This document shows, piece by piece, positions 62,041 to 64,000 of a stretch of 64,000 nt of DNA. Source of the stretch: the human T2T-CHM13v2.0 reference genome, Homo sapiens; assembly GCF_009914755.1 (NCBI RefSeq), contig NC_060933.1, one strand, 5' to 3'. The notes under the pieces are model-generated. The model saw only the letters and a program-made list of their open reading frames with translations, ran no database searches and was not told the origin of the DNA. The number at the start of each line of letters is the position of its first letter. The first letter of the stretch is position 1. A program made the translations under genes and the position numbers.

Positions 62041-64000
<1,960 letters not shown>

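Overview
Primate (human-like) genomic DNA, not prokaryotic. It looks like a pericentromeric/subtelomeric segmental-duplication mosaic. Left to right: (1) a rearranged old mitochondrial insertion (NUMT: COX1 plus Tyr/Cys/OL/Asn/Ala region inverted against COX3-Gly-ND3); (2) a ~75-bp SATR-type satellite with two internal orientation flips; (3) L1/MER50 and an Alu-dense block holding two minus-strand copies of the first coding exon of GTF2I/GTF2IRD2; (4) a REP522-like CpG-rich element; (5) an L1 broken off at a degenerate interstitial (CCCTAA)n array, followed by TAR1, a near-perfect 16 x 29-bp CpG VNTR (TERRA-promoter type), a GSATII-like array and an 18-19-bp CACCTGGGG minisatellite; (6) from ~35,965 to the end, a 5'-truncated ZNG1/CBWD paralog with six intact in-frame exons on the + strand, two candidate poison exons, and a young antisense L1PA running off the window. 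The most interesting hypothesis is that the fossil subtelomeric CpG promoter, plus splice donors inside the satellite, supplies a new 5' end to the headless ZNG1 copy and possibly a divergent TERRA-like/GTF2I-exon transcript. Repeat family names and exon numbers are from recall of consensus sequences, not a database search. Repeat boundaries are approximate.
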